From positions 1 through 62,589 of the forward strand of contig DAOOVZ010000001.1 in NCBI GenBank assembly GCA_035370665.1: DNA of 62,589 nucleotides. Direction: 5' to 3'. Origin of the DNA: Candidatus Hydrogenedens sp. GTDB lineage: Bacteria > Hydrogenedentota > Hydrogenedentia > Hydrogenedentales > Hydrogenedentaceae. The stretch's first letter is position 1; the number at the start of each line of letters is the position of its first letter. Position numbers and translations under genes: made by a program. The notes beneath the pieces are model-generated. The model did no database searches. It had not been told where the DNA came from and was given only the letters and a program-made list of their open reading frames with translations. Of the stretch, positions 1-8,766 are shown in pieces.

Positions 1-426
1 ACCTGGATAAGGCGGTTCTGTAAGTGGGAGAAATAAAACAGCAGGAACAAAGAAGTTAGGTAAACTTTCATAATAAAGCACTTCATATCTATAAGTAGGC
101 TTTGTCCCCTTGCGAACAATAACTGGATTAAGTGGACTCAGGGAAGGTTTGCCACCCAACAAATTCCAATATAGTTCCCTTCTTTCCTTCTTATAGATTT
201 CTATATTGTCTTTTCCAGGAAAACGGTCAGGGTTCTCCTCATGGGACTTTAAGAGAGCAATCGCTTCTGTGTTCAAATATTGTTTCATCATTTCTGGGGG
301 ACTAAAAGGAATATTTGTTTTAGGCAAGACCTTCCAATCAAGCGACTCTGAATATATTGAGGACATGACCAATAGGAGTAGTGTTAGTAATACCAACGGT
401 TTCAATTCACTTAATTTAGTTTTCAT
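1..426 (-). CDS. Secreted alpha/beta-hydrolase-like protein, N-terminal part (CDS runs off the window start)
   Basis: My own reverse-strand translation from the ATG at 426 reads MKTKLSELKPLVLLTLLLLVMSS... (signal-peptide-like), then ...ELYWNLLGGKPSLSPLNPVIVRKGTKPTYRYEVLYYESLPNFFVPAVLFLP. This resembles the N-terminal region of acetyl-xylan-esterase/dienelactone-hydrolase-type proteins. An AAAGGAG Shine-Dalgarno lies upstream (revcomp of 431-440). The frame stays open to base 1. This ORF is not in the supplied track. Confidence 0.45.
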   Translation of the reverse strand, partial: MKTKLSELKPLVLLTLLLLVMSSIYSESLDWKVLPKTNIPFSPPEMMKQYLNTEAIALLKSHEENPDRFPGKDNIEIYKKERRELYWNLLGGKPSLSPLNPVIVRKGTKPTYRYEVLYYESLPNFFVPAVLFLPLTEPPYPG

Positions 427-548
427 TTGTAATCTCCTTTACTATTAAAGATAGCAACTCACATAACGATAGCAAAATGTTTTAGAATAAATACAATATG
501 ATATAAGTATAAACACAAAAAATTGTTTATAAACAAAGGTTATACTAA

Positions 549-1073
549 ATGCCTATAAATTCTTTCGAACCGTTTCCCTGGCGTTTCTGTGCTGAATGTG
601 GCGAGGAACTTATGCTGAAGAACGATGGGGAACAAATGCGTCCTTATTGTCGTTTATGTAGCCGATTTTATTATCACAATCCTACGCCAACAACATGCTG
701 CTTTGTATCAAACAACGGGACAGACCTTTTATTAACAAAAAGAGCAATCCATCCTGCATTTGGCGAATGGACACTGCCCGGCGGATATATGGAACTTGGT
801 GAAACAGTAGAAGAAGCTGCAGCACGAGAACTTCTTGAAGAAACGGGGATTGTAGTGAAACAAATACGATTATTAGGTGCTTCTGCTCAATCAAGCAAAA
901 CAGTAGGAACGATTTTAGTCCTTGGCTTTGTTGTTGAAAAATGGGATGGAGAAATTAAAGCAGGAAGTGATGTGTCAGAAGCGAAGTTCTTCAAACATGA
1001 CCAACTACCCTCACTTCCTTTCACAGCGCATAAAGAATTATTGAAACTTTATTTAAAAGAACACTTTGCATAG
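549..1073 (+). CDS. NUDIX hydrolase with N-terminal zinc ribbon
   Basis: CxxC...CxxC pattern (CAECGEE...CRLCSRF) followed by the Nudix box GGYMELGETVEEAAARELLEETGI. Confidence 0.85.
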   Translation: MPINSFEPFPWRFCAECGEELMLKNDGEQMRPYCRLCSRFYYHNPTPTTCCFVSNNGTDLLLTKRAIHPAFGEWTLPGGYMELGETVEEAAARELLEETGIVVKQIRLLGASAQSSKTVGTILVLGFVVEKWDGEIKAGSDVSEAKFFKHDQLPSLPFTAHKELLKLYLKEHFA

Positions 1074-1347
1074 CATTCTCAATCTTTCTATCAGGATACC
1101 TAAAAAATATCTTTTTGTCTCATTATAATAATTTGTTATAGAAAAGAAATTGTAAAATAAGTAAAATTATCTTTTAGAAAATGCTATGCCATTGTTTTTT
1201 TGAATAGCAGTAAAACACCTTATTCTCACGAGACTCCTCTCTCTAATAGGGGGATAACCCCTTGCAGGTGAAGCATGAGGGGTAGACTCTGTAAATCTCC
1301 AAGTAGGTAGAATACTCTGTCCACTTATTTCAATGGATAATTATGTT

Positions 1348-3636
1348 TTATTGAGTGGTAGTTGGATAAGGAGAGAGTAAAGATGAGACAAGTTTCTTTA
1401 ATTCAATGACAGAAGGTTCGATATGGCTGATTCGCCACTGGTTGTCTTGCAAAACCCAGGTAAATGAGGTCTCGCCATTTGCATCTGAATATATTTCCAT
1501 AGGAATATCACCTTTGATACCTAAAATGTCTGAAAGTTTATAGCCACGGATTTTGAAGAACATTGTCATTTTTATTTGTGTTTGATTTTCTGCTGTGGTC
1601 TCAAATAGCCAACGACGCACTTGCCACATTACCTTCGGATAATCGCATTGACTAAAGAACAATTCAAATCCTGCACGAATATAGTCTACACCTCTTCCCT
1701 GTGAATCTTTATAATTTGGGTCAAAAAGATTTATAATAGAATCAATATTTTTACCAATAATTGCTGATTCGAATAACTCCATTGTTTTGAGAATTGTATT
1801 TGCTTGTTCCTTCTGTGTTGCTTCTAATTCTTCTGTTGGGTCTTTACATCCTGTCTTTTCCCCTATAATTTCTGTCGGAATAAGGATTGGCACACTCTCC
1901 GAATAGAATGTCTCGGGTGCAAGCACTGTTTCTTCTACGATTCGGCTTTCCACTGTGTTATACATTAAATAATCGCCAAAGTTCACTGTCCCAGATAAAG
2001 GTTCCTGTTCCGATGTTAAGGCTGTAATAGAATAAGCCACTGTTTGCTGGGGTAATGTTGTTTTATCTTTCCATTCTCTGGCATCAATGCCTCTTGCTAA
2101 CAATTGGAAAGATGTTTCAGGAGGTAAACGGCGATACACCTGATAGGAAATATCACCTTCTCTGAAAAGCCATTTCAAGACTATGCCATCTTCAACACGA
2201 TTTGCACTGAACTTTCGGACAGGTGCAGGCAAATTTAGAAGTTGATAAGTCTGTGGAACAATCTCATATTCGTTAGAATTAAGAACAAAAACCCACTTGC
2301 CAACATTTGTAATAAAGGCTGTTCCTTCTCCCACAGGTTTAGATGTATCCGATAACACTTGAGACCATGTCCATTCAGGATGTGTAGGACTATACCCCGC
2401 AACATTTGCGAACATGCTTACCTGCTCAGTGGTCAGGAAAGAAGGGAGTATAGGAATAACATACGAGTTTCCATTTTCAGGAACAAGTATAGGTAATTTT
2501 CCGGGAGAGGACACATTATAAATCACTTGCAGCATTTTACCTTCATCTCTTTGTGGGTCTATTTCTTTGAGGTTTTTATGAAACTCGAAAGGATTTAATG
2601 CAGGATATAATTTAAACCCTGTATTAATTCGCTGCTGTATCAAATTTTTTTGAGGAATAGGATTTACAGTAATGAGTTCGTTAAGTGTTTGTTTTATTGT
2701 TTTATCCCAGTGGATATTTTCTTTCCCTATCCAGAGTGCGTTCTCATCTTCAAACGCATAAACAACTGCACCACCAATTACCCCGTTCAATATCATTACA
2801 CGATATAGTGGACTTGAAATACTTATCGCACCTTCAGGTGGTTTACCAAACAAACAGGGTTCAACCAGAAAATTTTCATGATACCATGAAGAACTACAAA
2901 CAATTCCCCAATGGTTCACAACATTTGTCATGTATAAACCTAACATTTCTCCTACACCAATAACGGAATTATCTCCATTATAACGATAAGCAGAAATAAC
3001 ATAATCAGGGTATTCCTTCATAGTATTGAACAAAGGCTCTGCAGATGGATGTGAGAGAAATCGAGCCCATTCCATAGAATCCATGCACAAATATAAAAAT
3101 CTGCCATAAGAAGCAAGAACCTGTATCATTTGAGACAGCCATGAAATATAAGAATAATCAGGTATAACTTCATGAAATTTGGAAATGTATAAGTTCATGG
3201 TAAAATCATGAATAGAAATACCAAGCATGTTTGGAAATTGTGCAAATAATGTTTCTATTTCTTTATTTTCTAAACGAATTTCCTTATCCATAATATTCGG
3301 AATTTTCAATACAAATGGGCATTTAAATTCCTGGAAAATAGAACCCAATATATCTTCCAGTTTGCCTGGGTCATGGATAATATCTGGTTCAAATTCGAGC
3401 CATAAGGCAGAAAAAGGTTTTAAGGAACTATCAAGAGAATCCCATTGTGCTTTAACTTTCGATACATCATTAGACTGAACCTTACATGTAAAAAGGAATA
3501 AAGGATGGTCAACGGTAATTTCTGCTATCAGTGGTGAAGTAAGAGTATTAACACTGGAAGGAGATTGAGTCTGTACTAAAAATATAGATAATATGCAAAT
3601 TGAAAATGATAGACTTGTTGACATTGTTATTACCAT
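1348..3636 (-). CDS. Large secreted protein of unknown function
   Basis: Long uninterrupted ORF with an N-terminal hydrophobic signal-like segment (LSFSICILSIFLVQTQS). It has an FN3-like stretch in the middle (VEDGIVLKWLFREGDISYQVYRR). I recognised no catalytic motif. Confidence 0.55.
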   Translation of the reverse strand: MVITMSTSLSFSICILSIFLVQTQSPSSVNTLTSPLIAEITVDHPLFLFTCKVQSNDVSKVKAQWDSLDSSLKPFSALWLEFEPDIIHDPGKLEDILGSIFQEFKCPFVLKIPNIMDKEIRLENKEIETLFAQFPNMLGISIHDFTMNLYISKFHEVIPDYSYISWLSQMIQVLASYGRFLYLCMDSMEWARFLSHPSAEPLFNTMKEYPDYVISAYRYNGDNSVIGVGEMLGLYMTNVVNHWGIVCSSSWYHENFLVEPCLFGKPPEGAISISSPLYRVMILNGVIGGAVVYAFEDENALWIGKENIHWDKTIKQTLNELITVNPIPQKNLIQQRINTGFKLYPALNPFEFHKNLKEIDPQRDEGKMLQVIYNVSSPGKLPILVPENGNSYVIPILPSFLTTEQVSMFANVAGYSPTHPEWTWSQVLSDTSKPVGEGTAFITNVGKWVFVLNSNEYEIVPQTYQLLNLPAPVRKFSANRVEDGIVLKWLFREGDISYQVYRRLPPETSFQLLARGIDAREWKDKTTLPQQTVAYSITALTSEQEPLSGTVNFGDYLMYNTVESRIVEETVLAPETFYSESVPILIPTEIIGEKTGCKDPTEELEATQKEQANTILKTMELFESAIIGKNIDSIINLFDPNYKDSQGRGVDYIRAGFELFFSQCDYPKVMWQVRRWLFETTAENQTQIKMTMFFKIRGYKLSDILGIKGDIPMEIYSDANGETSFTWVLQDNQWRISHIEPSVIELKKLVSSLLSPYPTTTQ

Positions 3637-3828
3637 TTGTATTATGACGAATTAGAATATTTTAAAATACTACACTTACATTGAACAAATAGCATATATA
3701 ATGCTATTTGAAGAATTGGTAAGATTATTTTAATATTTAATTTTTGGTACAGCCAGATATTGAGAAACATAAATTAATTTAATGTGTTTGAATAATAATA
3801 CAACAAGGTTATTATCAAGTAAGTGTAA

Positions 3829-4260
3829 TTAAATTTTTGCAGCAATAATGTATGCTATTGCGGCAATAAATGCCGATAATGGAATTGTAAGTATCCATGA
3901 CCAGATTATTTGTCCTGCAATGCCCCATCGGACAGCAGTAAATCGTCGTAAAGTTCCCACTCCCATAATTGCACCAGTGATAGTATGTGTGGTGCTTACA
4001 GGAATACCAAAATATGATGTTATAATGGTGTTATCTATAATAGAGACATCAATAATACCACTGCCTATAGTGCCAGCAACATGTAGTCCAAAAAATAAGA
4101 AAGCAACGAAATTAAAAAAAGCAGCCCACACTACGGCGTAGCGCGGCGATAGCACTCGTGTAGATACAACGGTAGCAATTGAGTTGGCTGCATCATGAAA
4201 ACCATTGAGAAAATCAAACAGCAATGCTAAAGCAATCAAAAGAATAATATAGATAGACAT
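3829..4260 (-). pseudogene. Collapsed PiT-family inorganic phosphate transporter (internal deletion, ORF still open)
   Basis: The N-terminal PiT signature FLNGFHDAANSIATVVSTR is joined after about 80 aa directly to the C-terminal signature GIPVSTTHTITGAIMGVG...WGIAGQIIWSWILTIPLSA. The total is 143 aa, whereas bacterial Pit proteins are roughly 330 aa. Confidence 0.55.
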
Positions 4261-4266
4261 TCAGAT

Positions 4267-4447
4267 TTAGCCTTGTTTAACAAGAATGGAAACAACAATA
4301 TTGGATACATCTTCACAAACATCTAAAACTGTTTCCAATAACTCATATATTTCTTTCCACTTTATAATTGCAACAGGGTCTTTTTCACTGTTTATCAAAC
4401 AAATCAAAAAATTTCACTTCATTAGGCAAAAACTTAAAATATGGCAT
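4267..4447 (-). pseudogene. Remnant of a DUF47/PhoU-like (YkaA-type) Pit accessory gene, with internal deletion plus frameshift
   Basis: My translation from ATG 4447 gives MPYFKFLPNEVKFFDLFDKQ then a stop, which is a DUF47-type N-terminus. The next frame reads SEKDPVAIIKWKEIYELLETVLDVCEDVSNIVVSILVKQG then a stop at 4267-4269, which is a DUF47-type C-terminus. It ends 6 nt upstream of the pit remnant, matching the canonical gene order. Confidence 0.55.
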
Positions 4448-4587
4448 AAACTAATCTCCATATATATTTTCTCCTAATCTATCGTTTTATTTTATTACCT
4501 TATCCTCTTTCTCTTACAATATGTTTATTGCATAGTATTCTATTTCTACAATAACACCATACCTGTTTAACAATAAGAATATGTGAG

Positions 4588-5529
4588 ATGCGAGAAATCA
4601 ACAGAAAAGATATAACGGTTCATTTAAGACCTGTTCAGGAACTGTATAATCCGGCAAGCGGTTTAACAATTCGACCTAAAACTGCAGGTTTGTTTAAACA
4701 TCAGCCGCACCGTGTTTATGCAGAAGCCTACGGGGTGGGGCTAATTATGGATATATTCAGTCCAATGGAAACTGCAAACGGTTGCGGTATCATTGATGTA
4801 ATCTCTAATGGCTGGTTTTCCGATAGACATCAGTTTATCCAGCATATAGGTCTGGGAGTGTATGATGTCCTTTGCAGTCAGGGATTCTGTGTGTTTGCTT
4901 TATCGCCGGGCTCAATTCAGGTATTTAATGGAAAGCAAATGATTCAAAATGTTCAGGCAGGTATACAATTTATCCTATCTCATTCTGAAGAATTTAATGT
5001 GGACAAGAAACAATTGGGAATTATGGGAATCTCCGCTGGTGGACATTTAGCAATCAATGCACTATTACAGCAACAGAAATCCATAAGTAGTTTACCAGAA
5101 GAAGAAAAATATTTATGTGAAACTGTTCGAACTACTGCTATTTTCTGTGCACCAACCGATTTGCTATCTTTCTACTCATTACACACAACTAATTCTGATG
5201 TAAAAAAAATACTTAATAAATTAATTAGGAAGAAAACATTTTTAGATGAGGAGACTCAAATACCCCCCGAAGAAATAGAAAATAGATTAAAGGAATTATC
5301 CCCCTTTCATTATTCTCTCGACAATATTAAAACACCTCCATCTGTAATATTGTTTCATGGAACAAAAGACACAATTGTCCCTTTCTCACAATCCAAAAAC
5401 TTTTACAACAAACTAAAAACAAAACAATGGGACTGTGAATTTGTCATCAAAGAAAACGCTCCTCACATCTGGAAAGAAATGTCCACAGATTTTGAATATT
5501 TAGGAAAATGGTTCTTTAAAAAACTATGA
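4588..5529 (+). CDS. Alpha/beta hydrolase (esterase/lipase-type)
   Basis: Nucleophile elbow GISAGGH. Later HGTKDTIVP (acid) and APHIW (His) fall in the order of the Ser-Asp-His triad. Confidence 0.8.
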   Translation: MREINRKDITVHLRPVQELYNPASGLTIRPKTAGLFKHQPHRVYAEAYGVGLIMDIFSPMETANGCGIIDVISNGWFSDRHQFIQHIGLGVYDVLCSQGFCVFALSPGSIQVFNGKQMIQNVQAGIQFILSHSEEFNVDKKQLGIMGISAGGHLAINALLQQQKSISSLPEEEKYLCETVRTTAIFCAPTDLLSFYSLHTTNSDVKKILNKLIRKKTFLDEETQIPPEEIENRLKELSPFHYSLDNIKTPPSVILFHGTKDTIVPFSQSKNFYNKLKTKQWDCEFVIKENAPHIWKEMSTDFEYLGKWFFKKL

Positions 5530-5708
5530 TTACAACGCATTTCTGCCACTAAAAATTTGGGAAAATATCTTTAGACATCGTGATAGGCAATAAAATATCT
5601 ATTTAGTTTATATTATTTATCCGTTTCAGAAATAAACTTATAATAAGGCTGTATGATATTCCATTGCTTCATATAATCCTATCACAAATTAATATTTTTC
5701 ATGTTTTT

Positions 5709-5790
5709 GTAGGGGCACGATTCATCGTGCACAAAAATTCAGTTTAAAGCATTAGAGGCAATTTGAGGGTTTGATAAATCAAACCCCTAC
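5709..5790. repeat. Pair of inverted GTAGGGG-hairpin (REP-like) elements
   Basis: GTAGGGGCACGATTCATCGTGC (stem GCACGAT/ATCGTGC, 5715-5730) and, in inverse orientation, GGGTTTGATAAATCAAACCCCTAC (stem GGGTTTGAT/ATCAAACCC, 5767-5786). The unit is bounded by GTAGGGG ... CCCCTAC. Confidence 0.6.
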
Positions 5791-6171
5791 GCAGGTTTTC
5801 ATTTTCTGAAAATATAATATTTATATAGTCGGATATATGACCCAATCCGTAATGAGTGTTATTTATAGAAGAGTAAATGATAAATAAATTACTTTGTCCT
5901 GTGAAGAAACTTGATATTTTTTAAAATGTGAGTTAAAATGTTTCCAAATGATTAAATTGGAGATGACTAAAAATAAAGATAATACTTTTTATCACTATTG
6001 AATATAATAGGAAATGAAATAACGGGTTAGAAAATGAATATTTTTACTCTGCTCAAAACCTAATGGTCATATAACATTATATAAAAGGGAAAGTAGAAAT
6101 GCTTTTTAAAATGTCTTTAGCAACTTCTTTTATCCACAAAATGTTAAACAGAAATTTTCTTGGAGGATTAT

Positions 6172-8427
6172 ATGATGAATAGAAATGACAAAAAAGAAAA
6201 TGAGAAGTTTGAAAAAATAATCAAACTTATTAAAGATGGGAAATTAGATGAAGCCCTGATGTCTGTAGATGCTAATGATGTAGAAATTTTAATTAAAATT
6301 GGGACTTTATTTGGAATAGATGGAGTTTACGACATCGCTGAAAAAATATTTGACCGAGTTATTCAACTAAATCCAAATCTTGCAAAGGCATGGTATAACA
6401 AAGGCAACACACTTGTTAATCTTGGGAAATATGCTGAGGCGATAAATTGTTATGACAAGGCTATAAAGATAGATCCAAATTATGCAAAGGCATGGAGTAA
6501 CAAAGGCAATGCACTTGTCAATCTTTGGAAATATGCTGAGGCGATAAATTGTTATGACGAGGCTATAAAGATAAATCCAAATCTTACTGAGGTATGGTCT
6601 AACAAAGGCAACGCACTTGCTAATCTTGGCAAATACTCTGAGGCGATAAATTGTTATGACGAGGCTATAAAGATAGATCCAAATTATGCAAGCGCATGGT
6701 CTAACAAAGGCAACGCACTTGTCTATCTTGGCAAATATGCTGAGGCAATAAAATGCTATGACAAGGCTATAAAGATAAATCCAAATCTCGCAGAGGCATG
6801 GTCTAACAAAGGCAACGCACTTATCAATCTCGATAAATATGACGAGGCAGTAAAATGCTATGATGAGTCTATAAAGATAAATCCAAACTTTGTAGAGGCA
6901 TATATGAATTTAGGTGCTACTCTCTTAAGTTTACATAAGTATGATGATGCGGCGATTAACTTTAAGAAAGCAAAAGAACTTTTTTCAAAAAGGACAGAAG
7001 AAAAAGACGCTGACAAAGCATATAAATATGAGGTATTGGCTCAAAATAGTTCAAATTTGATGAACAAATTAGAACCTTTAGACAAAGAGTTTTTTAATTC
7101 ACTAAATGCAGGGAGTCTGGTTAAACTTAAAGAAAAAAGTTGTAATATTTCCAAAAGCATAGAGGATATATATGAGGAGTTCGGAAAAGAAACTATGCCA
7201 GAAGATGCTATCCGCCTTTTATTTAGTAAAAAAGTTTGTTATACAGCACTCTCTAAAGCACTACAATTTGAAGAAGTAGATTTGAATGAATTGGAGGAAA
7301 CTAAAGATATATTTGGAAAATGGAACTTGTATAATCTTGCTAATGCAGTAGATTCTCTTGTGGATTTTATCCAGAGGCTAAATAAGTATAGTGAATATGT
7401 AGAAATTAGCAAGATACCCAACGATGTAGAAAATGGACTATTACAACTTTTAAATACCCTACTTGTATTAGATGGTGTGTTAACTAAAGAAATTAAGGAT
7501 AAAATTAAAGGTGAACCTTATCCAAGTAAACTTACTGATATAAAAAAGCCACCAGAGATAAAATATATTACAATACCTGATTTTGCGAAAGACAGGTTAA
7601 GAGTTTGCATAGTTCAATTGGATTTTTCTTTAACTAAAAAATTTCCATTTCAATTAGAGAATAAAGAAGTGGTGAAAGAAAAGATATTAAAAGCATTAGA
7701 AGTTGCTCAAGAAAATAAAGTGGATATAATATGTTTTCCTGAACTAAGTTTTGCACAGGATTTCGTCAATGAGATAAAGGAGAAGAATTATAATAACATA
7801 ATAATAATCGGCGGCAGTTATTATCAGGACAATTTTAATATATGTCCGGTAATTATAAATGGGGAGGTTTATCCTGTTTACAAGATTTGTCCTTCATATC
7901 TTGAACGTGATGTAGAACCTGGTAAAGGAATGAAATCCGGTAATGATATTAAAATATTTAGAACTAACGACAATAAATTCAAATTTGTAGTGCTGGTTTG
8001 CTTAGATTATTCAGATTCTTCAGGTAATAAATATCTCCTTTATCAACGCCAAAGGGATGGGGAAGGTATAAATTTTATTTTTATTCCATCACATAATGAA
8101 GATATTGATGGATTTCAAAAAACTGCAGACACTGATTGTGTAAACTATAAGGTTGATTTAATACAAACAAATGTTAAAGAATATGGTGGGACATGTATAA
8201 TTGGTGTAGAAGATAAAGACTTCATTGAAATGCGATTAATTAATGACGGTTATAGAAAAAAAGATGGTATCAAATACAAACTTTGTGAGGCAGAGGGTGA
8301 GATGATGATAATTGCAGACCTTAGCCTAAAAGGAATTGAGATACCTAAAAGTGCTTATTCTAAACCAAGAATACAAATAATAGGACGATACATATATAAA
8401 GAAACAGACTGGGAGTTATCAAGTTAA
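6172..8427 (+). CDS. TPR-repeat protein fused to a C-terminal nitrilase-superfamily (CN-hydrolase) domain
   Basis: At least 7 TPR units of the type AWSNKGNALVNLGKYAEAINCYDEAIKINPN. The C-terminal region carries RVCIVQLDF ... DIICFPELSF (Glu) ... YPVYKICPSY (Lys) ... FVVLVCLDYSD (Cys), in the order and spacing of the E-K-C triad. I prefer the ATG at 6172, which is 5 nt after GGAGG at 6162-6166, over the TTG at 6160 used in the track. Confidence 0.8.
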   Translation: MMNRNDKKENEKFEKIIKLIKDGKLDEALMSVDANDVEILIKIGTLFGIDGVYDIAEKIFDRVIQLNPNLAKAWYNKGNTLVNLGKYAEAINCYDKAIKIDPNYAKAWSNKGNALVNLWKYAEAINCYDEAIKINPNLTEVWSNKGNALANLGKYSEAINCYDEAIKIDPNYASAWSNKGNALVYLGKYAEAIKCYDKAIKINPNLAEAWSNKGNALINLDKYDEAVKCYDESIKINPNFVEAYMNLGATLLSLHKYDDAAINFKKAKELFSKRTEEKDADKAYKYEVLAQNSSNLMNKLEPLDKEFFNSLNAGSLVKLKEKSCNISKSIEDIYEEFGKETMPEDAIRLLFSKKVCYTALSKALQFEEVDLNELEETKDIFGKWNLYNLANAVDSLVDFIQRLNKYSEYVEISKIPNDVENGLLQLLNTLLVLDGVLTKEIKDKIKGEPYPSKLTDIKKPPEIKYITIPDFAKDRLRVCIVQLDFSLTKKFPFQLENKEVVKEKILKALEVAQENKVDIICFPELSFAQDFVNEIKEKNYNNIIIIGGSYYQDNFNICPVIINGEVYPVYKICPSYLERDVEPGKGMKSGNDIKIFRTNDNKFKFVVLVCLDYSDSSGNKYLLYQRQRDGEGINFIFIPSHNEDIDGFQKTADTDCVNYKVDLIQTNVKEYGGTCIIGVEDKDFIEMRLINDGYRKKDGIKYKLCEAEGEMMIIADLSLKGIEIPKSAYSKPRIQIIGRYIYKETDWELSS
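6388..6897 (+). repeat. Five tandem, near-identical 102-bp units (each encodes one TPR)
   Basis: Units start at 6388, 6490, 6592, 6694 and 6796. They share long identical runs such as aacaaaggcaa(c/t)gcactt and gaggc(g/a)ataaa(t/a)tg(t/c)tatgac(a/g)aggctataaagata. Confidence 0.9.
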
Positions 8428-8571
8428 ACACTTTGTTACTTATCATGGTTTTGCCCTGGCATACATTGTAGCGGATAAAAGGGAAAAGAGAGATTTCTCT
8501 AAATTGACTTCGAAAAATTCATTTATTAGAAAATAGTTATCGCAAATTGTATTACAGGGGGATAAAAAGTT

Positions 8572-8766
8572 ATGGATGAGATTAAGTATAAGCCAATAGG
8601 AATCATTCATTCCCAGTTCAGAGAGGCAAAAGGAACACCTATACAAGCCACAGCCGCTAAGGGTATTAATGGAACAGTTGAGGTTTTTCCAGAATATACT
8701 GAGGGTTTGAAAGACCTCGAAGGTTTTTCTCATATCATTTTGATATACCACTTCCATGTGTCCTAA
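8572..8766 (+). pseudogene. trmO: 5' fragment of trmO (tsaA/YaeB-type tRNA methyltransferase), truncated after 64 codons
   Basis: MDEIKYKPIGIIHSQFREAKGTPIQ...VEVFPEYTEGLKDLEGFSHIILIYHFH matches the TrmO N-terminal beta-barrel region. The conserved downstream RGVFATRSP.RPN / DIKPY part is absent in all frames. Confidence 0.7.

Noticed and set aside
206-448. 80-aa ORF on the + strand at the window start
   Set aside because: It lies antisense to a better-supported minus-strand gene (1-426) that has a Shine-Dalgarno, a signal peptide and hydrolase-like sequence. The + ORF has no recognisable features.
1200-1347. Short hairpins (GGGG-ATAA-CCCC, CCCCT...AGGGG) in the spacer after the NUDIX gene as a possible ncRNA
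   Set aside because: The stems are only 4-5 bp. They resemble no riboswitch or RNA family I know, and no repeat occurs elsewhere in the window.
8443-8757. 104-aa minus-strand ORF
   Set aside because: It is antisense to the TrmO-like fragment, whose translation matches a known family. The minus-strand product is Cys/Asn-rich with no motif.
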